Counted from the stretch's first letter, positions 1-9,442 are shown. The stretch is 40,000 nucleotides of DNA from Proteus alimentorum (GCF_002607735.1 NZ_NBVR01000034.1:6328-46327), one strand, 5' to 3'. Made by a program: numbers and translations. The notes: generated from the sequence alone by a model not told the origin.

Positions 1-1
1 A

Positions 2-676
2 AGAAAGCTATCTAATGCATCTAAAAATAGATATAGAGCTTTCATTATGCGAGCTTTTTCACTTGCTCATAAAATGGGATGGATTAAAGAACAATTATAT
101 ATTCCAAGAATGAGGGAACCTACGGTTAGAGTCCGATGGATTAAAAAAGAGCAAGCAATTGATTTAATTAATAATTTAAAACTTAAGTGGATGAAAGACC
201 TTGTTAGTTTAGCTTTACTGACTGGAGCCAGACAAGGAGAATTACTTTCATTAACGTGGCGCAATGTAGACTTAGACAAAGGTATAGCTATTATTACTGC
301 TGAAAATGCAAAGTCGAAACGAGCTCGCACTCTTCCACTTAATGAAGAGGCAGTAAATATTCTAAAAAATATCCCACGAAAATTCGATTACATATTTACT
401 AGAACTGGAAAGAAAAAACATTCAATCGGCTTAGAGGATTTCGCACGAGCAATAAAGTTAACTAGATTGGTTGATTTTAGATTTCATGATTTGAGACATA
501 CATGGGCAAGTTGGCATGTGCAAAATGGAACCCCATTGATGGTACTTAAAGAAATGGGAGGATGGGAGACTTTAGAAATGGTTAAAAGGTACGCCCATTT
601 AAATACAGAACATTTAAGTAAATATAGTGAACTCGTCACAATTTCGCCACACTCGATAGATAAGACCAAAAAATGA
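2..676 (+). CDS. int: Tyrosine recombinase / phage integrase, C-terminal catalytic part (5' end lies left of the window)
   Basis: The frame of the 47..676 ORF stays open back to position 2. Motifs LLTGARQGELLSLTWRNVDL, FRFHDLRHTWASW and LEMVKRYAHL give the R...HxxR...Y catalytic pattern. The C-terminus is collinear with the P22/DLP12-type Int as I recall it. Confidence 0.85.
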   Translation, partial: RKLSNASKNRYRAFIMRAFSLAHKMGWIKEQLYIPRMREPTVRVRWIKKEQAIDLINNLKLKWMKDLVSLALLTGARQGELLSLTWRNVDLDKGIAIITAENAKSKRARTLPLNEEAVNILKNIPRKFDYIFTRTGKKKHSIGLEDFARAIKLTRLVDFRFHDLRHTWASWHVQNGTPLMVLKEMGGWETLEMVKRYAHLNTEHLSKYSELVTISPHSIDKTKK

Positions 677-850
677 AACAACTAATATCTTAATTAATTG
701 ATATTTTACAATAGTAATAATGCTCTATTATATTCAATTCAATAAAATTTAATGCTTGAGATATCATAAAATAAATAATAAATCTCAATCTATTAATATT
801 TAATGAAATTAAAAAAATTAAAAGGTAAGAAAGATAGTTTACTTAATATA

Positions 851-877
851 AAAAGGCCCTCTTACGAGGACCTTTTG
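851..877 (-). terminator. Intrinsic terminator downstream of the flagellin gene
   Basis: Hairpin aaaaggccctc-ttac-gaggacctttt (one mismatch). On the minus strand a T-rich run follows it, 36 nt after the fliC stop. Confidence 0.6.
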
Positions 878-912
878 AATATAGAAAGGTATCTTTTGTG
901 TCAGTGTACGAA

Positions 913-2055
913 TTAACGTAACAGAGACAGAACAGTTTGTGGTACTTGGTTTGCTTGAGCAAGTACTGAAGTACCCGCTTGTTGCAGAATTTGACCACGG
1001 CTCATGTTAGAAACTTCTGTTGCATAGTCAGCATCTAGGATACGGCTACGTGCAGCAGATAAGTTGTTAACAGTGTTGTTCAGGTTGTTGATAGTAGATT
1101 CAAAACGGTTTTGAATCGCACCTAAAGAAGAACGCATACTATCAACGGAGTTAATTGCTTCGTCTAAAGTTTTCAATTGAGCTTCAGCCTTTTTAGTCTT
1201 TTCCTCCTCAACCTTAACTTCTTCAGGTGTATAAACTTTAACCTCTTTACCAACTTTATATTCTAAGGTTTTTGCTTGAAGTGGGTCAGCTGGGTTTTTA
1301 ACTGATACTTCAGCTTCATAAGTTTTACCGCCAACAGTGATATAATTCTTGCCATTTACTTCAGCAACATCATCTACTGTAGCAGCAGGTGCTCCATCAA
1401 TTGATGCTTTACCTAAGTCAGCAGCAACAATACCTTCACCAACTTTAGCTGGAGCCAACTGTGCAGCTGTTTTTTTACCAGCGGTCATTTCAGCTTTAGT
1501 TACACCACTAAATTTAGTTTCAGCACCAACTTCTAATTCGTCGATTTTCAACGTCTTGCTATCAACTTTTATCAATTCAAATTCAATTTTTTCTTTGTCG
1601 TTAGTACCAACGTGAACAGTCATAGTTGACTTTTCGCCACTCAGCACTTTAACGCCGTTGAATTGAGTTTGCTCAGAAATACGGTCAATTTCACTAAGAC
1701 GTTCTTTAACTTCTTCTTGGATTGATTTGATATCTGATTCTGAGTTAGAACCGTTTTTCGCTTGAACTGTTAACTCACGGATACGTTGTAAGTTGTTGTT
1801 GATTTCGTTCAGTGCACCTTCAGTAGTTTGAGCGATAGAGATACCATCGTTCGCATTACGTGCTGCTTGAGTTAAACCATTTACGTTAGAAGTGAAACGG
1901 TTAGCAATCGCTTGACCCGCTGCATCGTCTTTAGCGCTGTTGATACGCAGACCAGAAGACAGACGCTCGATTGCACTTCCTAAAGCTCCCTGAGATTTGT
2001 TCAGGTTGTTTTGAGTTACCAGAGATAGATAGTTGGTATTAATGACTTGTGCCAT
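913..2055 (-). CDS. fliC: Flagellin
   Basis: 380 aa. Conserved N-terminus MAQVINTNYLSLVTQNNLNKSQ...LSSGLRINSAKDDAAGQAIANRF and C-terminus ...SNMSRGQILQQAGTSVLAQANQVPQTVLSLLR, with a variable middle. A sigma28 promoter lies upstream. Confidence 0.97.
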   Translation of the reverse strand: MAQVINTNYLSLVTQNNLNKSQGALGSAIERLSSGLRINSAKDDAAGQAIANRFTSNVNGLTQAARNANDGISIAQTTEGALNEINNNLQRIRELTVQAKNGSNSESDIKSIQEEVKERLSEIDRISEQTQFNGVKVLSGEKSTMTVHVGTNDKEKIEFELIKVDSKTLKIDELEVGAETKFSGVTKAEMTAGKKTAAQLAPAKVGEGIVAADLGKASIDGAPAATVDDVAEVNGKNYITVGGKTYEAEVSVKNPADPLQAKTLEYKVGKEVKVYTPEEVKVEEEKTKKAEAQLKTLDEAINSVDSMRSSLGAIQNRFESTINNLNNTVNNLSAARSRILDADYATEVSNMSRGQILQQAGTSVLAQANQVPQTVLSLLR

Positions 2056-2133
2056 AGCTAGATTCCTTTAAAATCAAGTCGATAAAATAAAAGTTTGCCT
2101 ATTCATTTACGGTGTCAATCACCGGCAACAAGT

Positions 2134-2160
2134 TTATCGGCACCCCACATACAACCTTTA
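2134..2160 (-). promoter_or_regulatory. sigma28 (FliA) class 3 promoter of fliC
   Basis: The minus strand reads TAAAGGTT-N11-GCCGATAA (plus strand TTATCGGC 2134-2141, TTTA 2157-2160). Consensus is TAAAGTTT-N11-GCCGATAA. It ends 78 nt upstream of the fliC ATG. Confidence 0.8.
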
Positions 2161-2372
2161 ACTTTTCCGACAAATATTTCTGTGTTTTTTTATAGAATTA
2201 ATATCAACCCAATGATAAATAAAGAAATTAATTTATTATTTTTTTATTCATTTTTTATCAGTTTTTATCTCAAGCCATTTTTCAGTTATCTAAATTCGAC
2301 TTTGGTCATCAATAGCAATAAAAGGCTTCTATATGGCAGCCTGTTTACGTCATCAAAAATGCCAAATAGACG

Positions 2373-2399
2373 TAAACTTTTCGCCGATTCTACCGATAA
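2373..2399 (+). promoter_or_regulatory. sigma28 (FliA) class 3 promoter of fliDST
   Basis: TAAACTTT-N11-ACCGATAA, 7/8 matches in each element, ending 43 nt upstream of the fliD ATG. Confidence 0.7.
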
Positions 2400-2442
2400 C
2401 GGTTTTTGAGGATTATTTTACGAACACAGAAAGGAGACCGGT

Positions 2443-3873
2443 ATGGCTGGTATTGCTTCACTAGGCGTGGGCTCAGGGATGCCTCTTAGCCAAACATTGG
2501 CACAATTAGAGGCGGCGGAAAATAAACGCCTTGAACCCCTAGATAAACAGATGAAAAGCTACGAGGCGAAAATTACCGCTTACGGTAAGATCCGTAGCCA
2601 ACTTGATAAATTACAGAAAGCATCAGAAGAGTTAAAAAAATTCGATAAAATTGTTGCCACCAAAGTGGATGATGAGTTTGATGCCTTTAAAGTGACTACT
2701 GACGGTAAAGCTAGCGTAGGTAACTATACCGTTTCAGTAAAAACACTTGCTCATGCACAAACATTAAAATCAATTCCAGTTAATAACGTTAAAAATCAGA
2801 TTGGGGAAACGTTAGGTGCAGGTAAAACACGCACATTAGTGATAACCCAACCCGGTGAGAAAGAACCTTTACGCATTGAGCTAACAGATGAACAAACTTC
2901 AATGATTGAATTGCGTGATGCAATCAATAAAAAAGAAGGTAATGTTTCTGCCTCAATCGTTAAAGCTGAAGATGGCGTTAACCATTTGATCTTAACCTCT
3001 CGTAAAGAAGGGACAGATTCAATGATGACCATCAAAGTTGAAGGTGATAACGAACTGAATAAGTTTTTATCTAATTCACCCGATGCTGATAGCGCTCCAC
3101 ATAAATCAGGTATGAAACAAATCGTTGCCGCAAAAAATGCAGAATTAACGATTAATGGTATTGAAATTGAACGCCAGACCAATGAGATTAAAGATGCCCC
3201 AGAAGGGATCATTTTAAATCTTAAAAAAACGACTAACAGTAATAAAGAGAATATTGATAAGCCTGAAATTATTAATGTCGCTCGTGATATTGAGCCAATG
3301 AAAAAGGCCATTAAAGCCTGGACAGATGCTTATAACGAGTTAAACAGTACCTATAAATCTCTGACTAAATATACACAAGTAGAAAAAGGCGAAGCGGCAT
3401 CAAAAGATAATGGTGTATTACTGGGTGATACCACCAGCCGTATGATTATGTCAGAACTAAAAAGCTTTGTAACAAGTTCACAAAGCACCTCTGATTTAGA
3501 TACCCTTAATAAAATGGGAATTAAATTTAAGGTTGATGGCTCTTTAGATATTGATAGCAAAAAACTGGATGAAGCGTTAAAAGAAAAACCCGCTAACGTG
3601 AAAGAGTTTTTTATGGGTGATGGTAAAGAAACAGGCTTTGGTACCCAAACCTATAATTACCTAAAGAAAACTCTGCAATCTAATGATGGTACTTTAGATG
3701 TTGCCACTGATGGCGTAAAAAAACGTAAGAAAACATTAGATAGTCAAATTAAAAACACGGAACGCAATATTGCAGCCACGATGGAACGTTATAAAAACCA
3801 GTTCCAACAGTTAGATAAAATGGTGAACTCCATGACTAACTCGAGTGCCTCAATCGGCCGTCTATTAATGTAA
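2443..3873 (+). CDS. fliD: Flagellar filament cap protein
   Basis: 476 aa. RBS AAAGGAG. N-terminus [28 protein letters not shown] and C-terminus [28 protein letters not shown] are typical of FliD. Its position next to fliC/fliS agrees. Confidence 0.95.
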   Translation: MAGIASLGVGSGMPLSQTLAQLEAAENKRLEPLDKQMKSYEAKITAYGKIRSQLDKLQKASEELKKFDKIVATKVDDEFDAFKVTTDGKASVGNYTVSVKTLAHAQTLKSIPVNNVKNQIGETLGAGKTRTLVITQPGEKEPLRIELTDEQTSMIELRDAINKKEGNVSASIVKAEDGVNHLILTSRKEGTDSMMTIKVEGDNELNKFLSNSPDADSAPHKSGMKQIVAAKNAELTINGIEIERQTNEIKDAPEGIILNLKKTTNSNKENIDKPEIINVARDIEPMKKAIKAWTDAYNELNSTYKSLTKYTQVEKGEAASKDNGVLLGDTTSRMIMSELKSFVTSSQSTSDLDTLNKMGIKFKVDGSLDIDSKKLDEALKEKPANVKEFFMGDGKETGFGTQTYNYLKKTLQSNDGTLDVATDGVKKRKKTLDSQIKNTERNIAATMERYKNQFQQLDKMVNSMTNSSASIGRLLM

Positions 3874-3892
3874 TTTTTAAAAGTAGGATAAT

Positions 3893-4291
3893 ATGTATCA
3901 ACAATCAGCCAGTAAAATGTATGCTCAAATCGACGTTGAAAGCGAGATTTTAAATGCCACGCCTTACCAGCTGATCCAGATCCTATTTAATGGGGCGCTT
4001 AGCGCCCTTCGCCGTGCATTAATATTAATGGAACAAGGAAATATCGCCGGTAAAGGCGAAAATATTTCTAAAGCCATTAATATTATTGGTAACGGATTAA
4101 AACAAGGGCTGGATAAAGAAAAAGGCGGCGAGCTTGCAGAGAATCTGGAGCTCCTTTATGACTATATGGTTAATCAGCTACTCGATGCTAACTTAAAAAA
4201 TAATCCAGAAAAAATTCATGAAGTCATCAAGCTCTTAACTGAAATTTCTGATGCTTGGCAACAAATCGGCACACAGATTAATTCTTATTAA
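3893..4291 (+). CDS. fliS: Flagellin-specific export chaperone
   Basis: 132 aa, collinear with E. coli FliS (YAQIDVES...KGENISKAINIIGNGL...DAWQQ). Confidence 0.95.
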   Translation: MYQQSASKMYAQIDVESEILNATPYQLIQILFNGALSALRRALILMEQGNIAGKGENISKAINIIGNGLKQGLDKEKGGELAENLELLYDYMVNQLLDANLKNNPEKIHEVIKLLTEISDAWQQIGTQINSY

Positions 4292-4297
4292 ATTAGA

Positions 4298-4663
4298 GTG
4301 GACAACAATATGGATATTATGGCGGCTTACGAGCATGTTTTAAAATCAAGTGAGCAAATGTTAACGCTTGCCAAAGATCAGCAATGGGACAAGCTGATAG
4401 AAATGGAAATGGATTATTTAAAAAGCGTAGAAAGTATCACTAAAATGATAAAACCTGCTGACGGTGAGCTGAGACTACAACAACGCCTCACGGATATGCT
4501 AAAGAAAATCTTAGAAAACGAAAATGAGACGCGAAATTTATTACGAGCTCGTCTAGATGAGCTTGGCATATTAATAAGACAGACTGAACAAGAGCAGAGG
4601 GTACAAAATAGCTATGGTCAGTTTACAGAACATAGTTATTATCCTGATCTCAATCTTAAATAA
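4298..4663 (+). CDS. fliT: FliD chaperone / FlhDC anti-activator
   Basis: About 120 aa, helical. The block SSEQMLTLAKDQQWDKLIEMEMDYL parallels E. coli FliT. Synteny after fliS agrees. The start could be GTG 4298 or ATG 4310. Confidence 0.85.
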   Translation: MDNNMDIMAAYEHVLKSSEQMLTLAKDQQWDKLIEMEMDYLKSVESITKMIKPADGELRLQQRLTDMLKKILENENETRNLLRARLDELGILIRQTEQEQRVQNSYGQFTEHSYYPDLNLK

Positions 4664-4791
4664 CTCTCCTCTGCGCCAAAAGCGGTTTTATTAGCTAATG
4701 GCGTCTTTACTTAGAAAAAGTGATTCTTATCATTCAGCTTAACTTGTTATCGGTAACGTAAAAATCTATGTTTACCATTTTGTTTTTTTGA

Positions 4792-5262
4792 TTACATAGA
4801 CATAGATTGTACAGATTGCACTAAAACCATATCAATATGTGGAATGTTATCTTCAAGATAAGTTTCTGAATCGATAACAAAACCATGTGATTGATAAAAT
4901 GAGACTAAATAAGCCTGCGCCATTATTTTTATTGTATGGGTATTAAATTGACGACACGTAGTGGCAATCGCCTCATTTATTAACTGATGGGCAATACCAC
5001 TTCCCCGCTGATTTTGAGCGACAATCACCCGCCCTATTGAGGCTTCTTTAAATGCGATACCTTGAGGCAACAGACGAGCATAAGCAATGATTTGCTGGCT
5101 ATCTTCCTCTTTAGCAAACAGGTGTAACGTATTTTGATCTACCCCATCCAGATCTTGATAAGCACATTGCTGTTCACAAATAAATACCTGATTTCTTAAA
5201 GCTAAAATAGCGTAAAGCTCATCTGTGGTGAGTTGTGAAAATGATTTTAAAATCCAATTCAT
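4792..5262 (-). CDS. elaA: GNAT family N-acetyltransferase, ElaA-like
   Basis: 156 aa. LTTDELYAILALRNQVFICEQQCAYQDLDG...GRVIVAQNQRGSGIAHQL...FYQSHGF...EDNIPHIDM is collinear with E. coli ElaA as recalled. Confidence 0.75.
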   Translation of the reverse strand: MNWILKSFSQLTTDELYAILALRNQVFICEQQCAYQDLDGVDQNTLHLFAKEEDSQQIIAYARLLPQGIAFKEASIGRVIVAQNQRGSGIAHQLINEAIATTCRQFNTHTIKIMAQAYLVSFYQSHGFVIDSETYLEDNIPHIDMVLVQSVQSMSM

Positions 5263-5342
5263 GTGCTTTTTCCCGTGATTGTTGTGTATTAATATAATTT
5301 CTATAATTTCTTATTATCTTTCTGCGAAAGCAAATAAAAGAA

Positions 5343-5368
5343 ATCGCCCACTTTCACTGTGGGCGATA
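5343..5368 (-). terminator. Intrinsic terminator after the DUF2235 gene
   Basis: Perfect 9-bp stem atcgcccac / gtgggcgat. On the minus strand TTCTTTTATTT follows it. Confidence 0.65.
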
Positions 5369-5400
5369 TATTAGCTCATAATAATCTGATAAATAATAAT

Positions 5401-6534
5401 TTATTTAATTACATCATAGAGTTGCTGATTAGATAAATAATCTGCGGTTAAACCTACTGATGGGTTATATTGTCCACCATGGATCTCAGAGAACGCTTTA
5501 CCCTCTTTACCCAATGAGACTTTTCGCTCATCTTTACCCGTACTTTCATAAATAGAATAGGTTTTACGACGCATTGCGATATATTTATCTGCATCATTAG
5601 CAATATCGGTGTGATAGCCCGTAATTTGTGTATCCGTTAAGGCTAATTTATTGGCTAAATCACAACCCCAACGAGTTAAACAGACTTCTGCAAAATGGCG
5701 AACCACAATACCCGGCGCATATAATGCATTTTCACCTTCACTACCATCAATAGATGCATTACCCACTAATGTGGCGTGGCGTCCTGAAATAGGGAAAATA
5801 TGCATTTTAGTGTCCGCAGCGACGGTTGGGATCACGCAAGTAAATCCTTTAGATCGCTCATCTCTTGCATAAAATCCGACATATTCTTTGACGTTTTTAC
5901 CCAGTGTTACTTTTTCATGTTGGAAATTCAGTGGACCGGGAACAGGGTCAATAGCAAAAATATTTACTGGAATATCTTTTAATTGAGGATCTGCCAACAT
6001 CGCATTCGCTAACATATGGCAAGTAATACCACCACGACTCCAACCCACTAAGTTAACTTGTGTTGGAATAATGCCATCTTTACGGAAGATACGAATAATT
6101 TGCTGTTGAAGTTGTTGCTGAGTGACTTGACGATCGCCATAGTCATATTTACGCCATAAAAAAGAGCCTGTTACTTTGACATCTTCAATAGGAATGCCCG
6201 CTTTTTTCAGTTGGTTATACTGCTCTTCTGTCAATTTTTCACGCTGCCAATCAAAGTTACCTTTCATTAAGCAAAGTGCATGATTAACATTTTCTTCCCA
6301 ACCACTACCAAATAACGAACCCTTAATATCAGAGTAATTAGGGCTTTCAACCCATAAATCATCTTCTTGCAGATTACCACTACCTGGGCCATCAACAATC
6401 AACCACTGTGCAAACTCTCTACCTTGATTGTTTTGCGCTAAAGTGGAAACTAATTCACCTTGCCAGAAGGTCGGATTATTATTATCAAATGAGTTAGACC
6501 CAGTACCACATAAATAAACGGTTAATACTGTCAT
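5401..6534 (-). CDS. DUF2235-type alpha/beta hydrolase (Tle1-like lipase fold)
   Basis: 377 aa. The N-terminal VYLCGTGSN block resembles the DGTxN start of DUF2235. A GWSRGG nucleophile-elbow motif (GxSxG) is present. No signal peptide is visible. Confidence 0.55.
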   Translation of the reverse strand: MTVLTVYLCGTGSNSFDNNNPTFWQGELVSTLAQNNQGREFAQWLIVDGPGSGNLQEDDLWVESPNYSDIKGSLFGSGWEENVNHALCLMKGNFDWQREKLTEEQYNQLKKAGIPIEDVKVTGSFLWRKYDYGDRQVTQQQLQQQIIRIFRKDGIIPTQVNLVGWSRGGITCHMLANAMLADPQLKDIPVNIFAIDPVPGPLNFQHEKVTLGKNVKEYVGFYARDERSKGFTCVIPTVAADTKMHIFPISGRHATLVGNASIDGSEGENALYAPGIVVRHFAEVCLTRWGCDLANKLALTDTQITGYHTDIANDADKYIAMRRKTYSIYESTGKDERKVSLGKEGKAFSEIHGGQYNPSVGLTADYLSNQQLYDVIK

Positions 6535-6888
6535 AATTAAATTTCCTTTTATTAATAACTAAAAAATCAAAATAATGATTTTTATTTCCTTGTATTGAGC
6601 TATTCCTTAGCCCACCAGCACATTAACCATAAGCCTTTTTTTATTCAATGAGTAAAAATGGATTAGTACAGTTGAGATCACATATCTTAATTTTACTTAC
6701 GTAAAAAAACGAGAAAATCATTGTCAGATCAAAGTAATTAAATTATATAAGTAAACACCTTATTTTTACTTATTTTCACCCGAAGATAAATAAACTGAAT
6801 AAAGCTTTTTAAAAGGCAATTCTTTAAATTTTGGATAAAAAAATCCCGCATTAAATAAAATGCAGGATTTTCTATTAGATAAAATATC

Positions 6889-7152
6889 TTATAAACGATT
6901 AAAAGCAACTACTCTCACCGCAGGAATATCAGCTTGTGCCCCTTCTGCAACTTCCTGACATGCTTTTTCTAACGCAATATGGGGTGTGATCCCACTTTCT
7001 GTTTCTACAATTTTATGTCCGGCGTAGGTATCACCATTTCTGGAACGCACTTTATACGCAATAAACCAATATTCCATATCATCACCGTTTACGTTATTAA
7101 TCATGTAATTACCATAGCCGTTTATGACTCGCTTTAATGTGATAATAATCAA
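6889..7152 (-). CDS. Small hypothetical protein (the true start is probably internal, ATG 7104 or 7077)
   Basis: Only ORF here. A hairpin at about 6843-6872 (atcccgcat...atgcaggat) lies downstream. No family recognised. Confidence 0.45.
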   Translation of the reverse strand: MIIITLKRVINGYGNYMINNVNGDDMEYWFIAYKVRSRNGDTYAGHKIVETESGITPHIALEKACQEVAEGAQADIPAVRVVAFNRL

Positions 7153-7208
7153 TAATTTTTAGTTTAATAAAATCGTTTTATAAAAAAATGAACTTTATCG
7201 TAGGAAAG

Positions 7209-7439
7209 TTAAGCGTGCTCTTTCATTTCTGATTGCACTAATTTTTTTATTTTTACTGCTTTTTCAAAGTGATCCAATTTATGTGTCATAATCCACCATG
7301 TTACAGCTTCCATTAGTAATTCAGGGTTGTTATTTTTATTTGCAAAAAAAGCATAAAAGGATACTCCCACCCCCTCTCCTTTGGCTAAAACCTTGTCATT
7401 ACATATTTGAATTATTTTTTGTTGTAGTGATTTTCTCAT
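7209..7439 (-). CDS. Small hypothetical protein
   Basis: 76-aa ORF co-oriented with its neighbours. No family recognised. Confidence 0.4.
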   Translation of the reverse strand: MRKSLQQKIIQICNDKVLAKGEGVGVSFYAFFANKNNNPELLMEAVTWWIMTHKLDHFEKAVKIKKLVQSEMKEHA

Positions 7440-7492
7440 ATTCTTTCTATCTGTATTTTTGGCATGGTAATAAATAGCTAAGCGTAAAGACT

Positions 7493-7831
7493 CTATCCAT
7501 GAAATTTATTCCACAGCAAAATAAGCAACCAAGCCGCGACAACCCAGCAGATAACCGCTGTAGCCAATGCTGTAAATAATTTTACATAGTTGATCATCAC
7601 ATAGAGTGAAATTAGATAAACCAGATAAGGAATAGTAGCCCATAGACTAAAAATAATTGTGGTTCGTAACGCTTCAATAGAGCGCTCAGCACCAACGATA
7701 TAATGTGCAATAAGCGCAAAAGTTGGAAATAACGGAACCAATCCCGCGATATAGTAATGACGAGATTTCGATAAAACAGCGATTAATACCACTAAAAACG
7801 CGCCTATCAGTGCTTTAATCAATAATCCCAT
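7493..7831 (-). CDS. ydgC: GlpM/YdgC family inner-membrane protein
   Basis: 112 aa, four hydrophobic helices. YYIAGLVPLFPTFALIAHYIVGAERSIEALRTTIIFSLW is nearly collinear with E. coli YdgC as recalled. Confidence 0.8.
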   Translation of the reverse strand: MGLLIKALIGAFLVVLIAVLSKSRHYYIAGLVPLFPTFALIAHYIVGAERSIEALRTTIIFSLWATIPYLVYLISLYVMINYVKLFTALATAVICWVVAAWLLILLWNKFHG

Positions 7832-8000
7832 GATTTTTTCATCAAGTTATAAAAATATTACTACTAGCATACCTATTCACATTTGTATGTGAGCTAATTT
7901 TATTTTTAGTTATTTAAAATGTTATTAAATATTTACTAGCAAAAAAAGCTCAATAACTTTATTGAGCTTTAAAGCTTATTAAATTTTATTTAAGCAAGCA

Positions 8001-8888
8001 TTAATCTTGTTGCCAAGAAATATCTTGTTCACCTTCTTGAGTTTTCAGCAGAACCAATTCACCTAACTCTGTTGTTTTATAGGTATTCAGTCTATAGTGC
8101 TTCGTTTTTTTCCCTGTTTGAGGATCTTTTGTTATCCAACTGATATTACCTTCAAAATCAGTTCCTTGATAATAAGTCGAAAAGCGTTTACGTTCACCAT
8201 CATACCAACCAACAACAATTACTGACTTAACACCCGCCATTAATTCTTCTAAAGGAAATTCTGACAGTAATACACTATTATTACCCACAGTTGCTACACA
8301 CGCTTTTCCACCCACAAAAGCACTGCAATTAGCATCAAAACCAAAAACTGATGAATTATTACCAAAAATAGCCGCTGTTTTAAAATTTCCTTCAGAGCCG
8401 ACCTTAGCGTTATTTCCAGTTGCTATGCCAATACTTCCTTCAGTAAGATCTTGGATCCATATATCATTACCTGTTGATATTGCTGTTGAATTAGAGGCAT
8501 AGCAATAGATAATCGCTTCGTCACCGGTCGTAATAGCCACTGAATCTTTCACAAGATTGACTTCTGCTGCTTCAATACTCTCATCTAGTTCAAAAGAATA
8601 TGAGATCTCAGCTTTTTTACCTGATGCAAAAGAGATTGATTGGCTAGATGCTTCAATAAAACTTTCTGCACCTGTTGTAATAAAAAGAGAATTTTTACCA
8701 TGCTTAATATTGCTTCCATTCTCACTAAACTCTACGCCTTCATTATCATAGATTTTAGCTTTATTACCAGTATGAATAATCTGAGCATCTTCACCTATAC
8801 AATTAACGATTTGCTCATTTAAAGTTAAAATGGCATTTTTATTTTCTCCGCTTAAAACAAGCGCATTATTTGTTGTTACGTTTGACAT
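8001..8888 (-). CDS. Beta-solenoid-like repeat protein of unknown function
   Basis: Start taken at MSNVTTNN (ATG 8888, AGGA 8 nt upstream), because the longer ORF would overlap its own promoter and LexA box. About 10 degenerate repeats of the form S.A..TG..A.I, then a distinct roughly 80-aa C-terminal domain. Confidence 0.7.
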   Translation of the reverse strand: MSNVTTNNALVLSGENKNAILTLNEQIVNCIGEDAQIIHTGNKAKIYDNEGVEFSENGSNIKHGKNSLFITTGAESFIEASSQSISFASGKKAEISYSFELDESIEAAEVNLVKDSVAITTGDEAIIYCYASNSTAISTGNDIWIQDLTEGSIGIATGNNAKVGSEGNFKTAAIFGNNSSVFGFDANCSAFVGGKACVATVGNNSVLLSEFPLEELMAGVKSVIVVGWYDGERKRFSTYYQGTDFEGNISWITKDPQTGKKTKHYRLNTYKTTELGELVLLKTQEGEQDISWQQD

Positions 8889-8930
8889 AATAATATCCTT
8901 ATTTAGATTTCCATTATTTAACACAAAAAA

Positions 8931-8950
8931 CACTGTTTAAATATACAGTA
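8931..8950 (-). promoter_or_regulatory. LexA (SOS) box overlapping the promoter of the 8001..8888 gene
   Basis: CACTGTTTAAATATACAGTA matches the TACTG(TA)5CAGTA consensus at 17/20, with CTG-N10-CAG intact. On the minus strand it overlaps TTGTTA (8962-8967) -16 nt- TATATT (8940-8945). Confidence 0.65.
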
Positions 8951-9409
8951 TATTTACTAAATAACAATCTCTATATTAAATTTTAGAAAATAAAATAACG
9001 ATAATAAAATCAAATAAATAAAAGCAAGTAACACATAATATATCTATAATTAATCAAATAAAGAAAAAATAAAATAGAAAAACTTAAGAAGAAAGATGAT
9101 GACCGAGCTTTATATAAAACTAATCCAACATAGGTTAAGTAACTTATTTAACAATTACTTTTGATCTTTTTAAAATATAAGAAGAGATAAAAAAGCGAGT
9201 TGCTTTGATATGGATGTGCAAAATCGCACATCAATAAAATGATGTGTCTATCTCATCCGCAAAAATCGGGGCGCTCATTATCATAAATAATAAACAATAG
9301 TATAAATATTCGAAGGTTTAATCACATTCGAAAGCTTATATCATCTATTCAATGACCTTGAGCAAATTGCCCCATTCTGTTTTGATTAGGCGCTTCTCTA
9401 TAGCTATAT

Positions 9410-9442
9410 AAAAGAAAAGCCACCTTTATCAAATGATAAGGT
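9410..9442 (-). terminator. Intrinsic terminator, probably the original fliE terminator displaced by the prophage
   Basis: The minus strand reads ACCTTATCA-TTT-GATAAAGGT followed by GGCTTTTCTTTT. It begins 3 nt after the TAG that follows the attL copy of the fliE 3' end. Confidence 0.45.

Noticed and set aside
2095-2409. 104-aa plus-strand ORF in the fliC-fliD intergenic region
   Set aside because: Low-complexity, AT-driven sequence with no RBS. It spans both sigma28 promoters and is best explained as regulatory DNA.
1349-3560. Antisense or off-frame ORFs inside fliC and fliD (1349..1615 +, 2796..3311 -, 3351..3560 -)
   Set aside because: They are fully embedded in confidently identified flagellar genes, have odd composition and no start signals. 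They are shadow ORFs.
8889-8933. N-terminal extension (MFFVLNNGNLNKDII) of the beta-solenoid ORF
   Set aside because: It would place coding sequence over the LexA box and the -10 element. ATG 8888 has an AGGA RBS and starts the repeat-containing protein cleanly.
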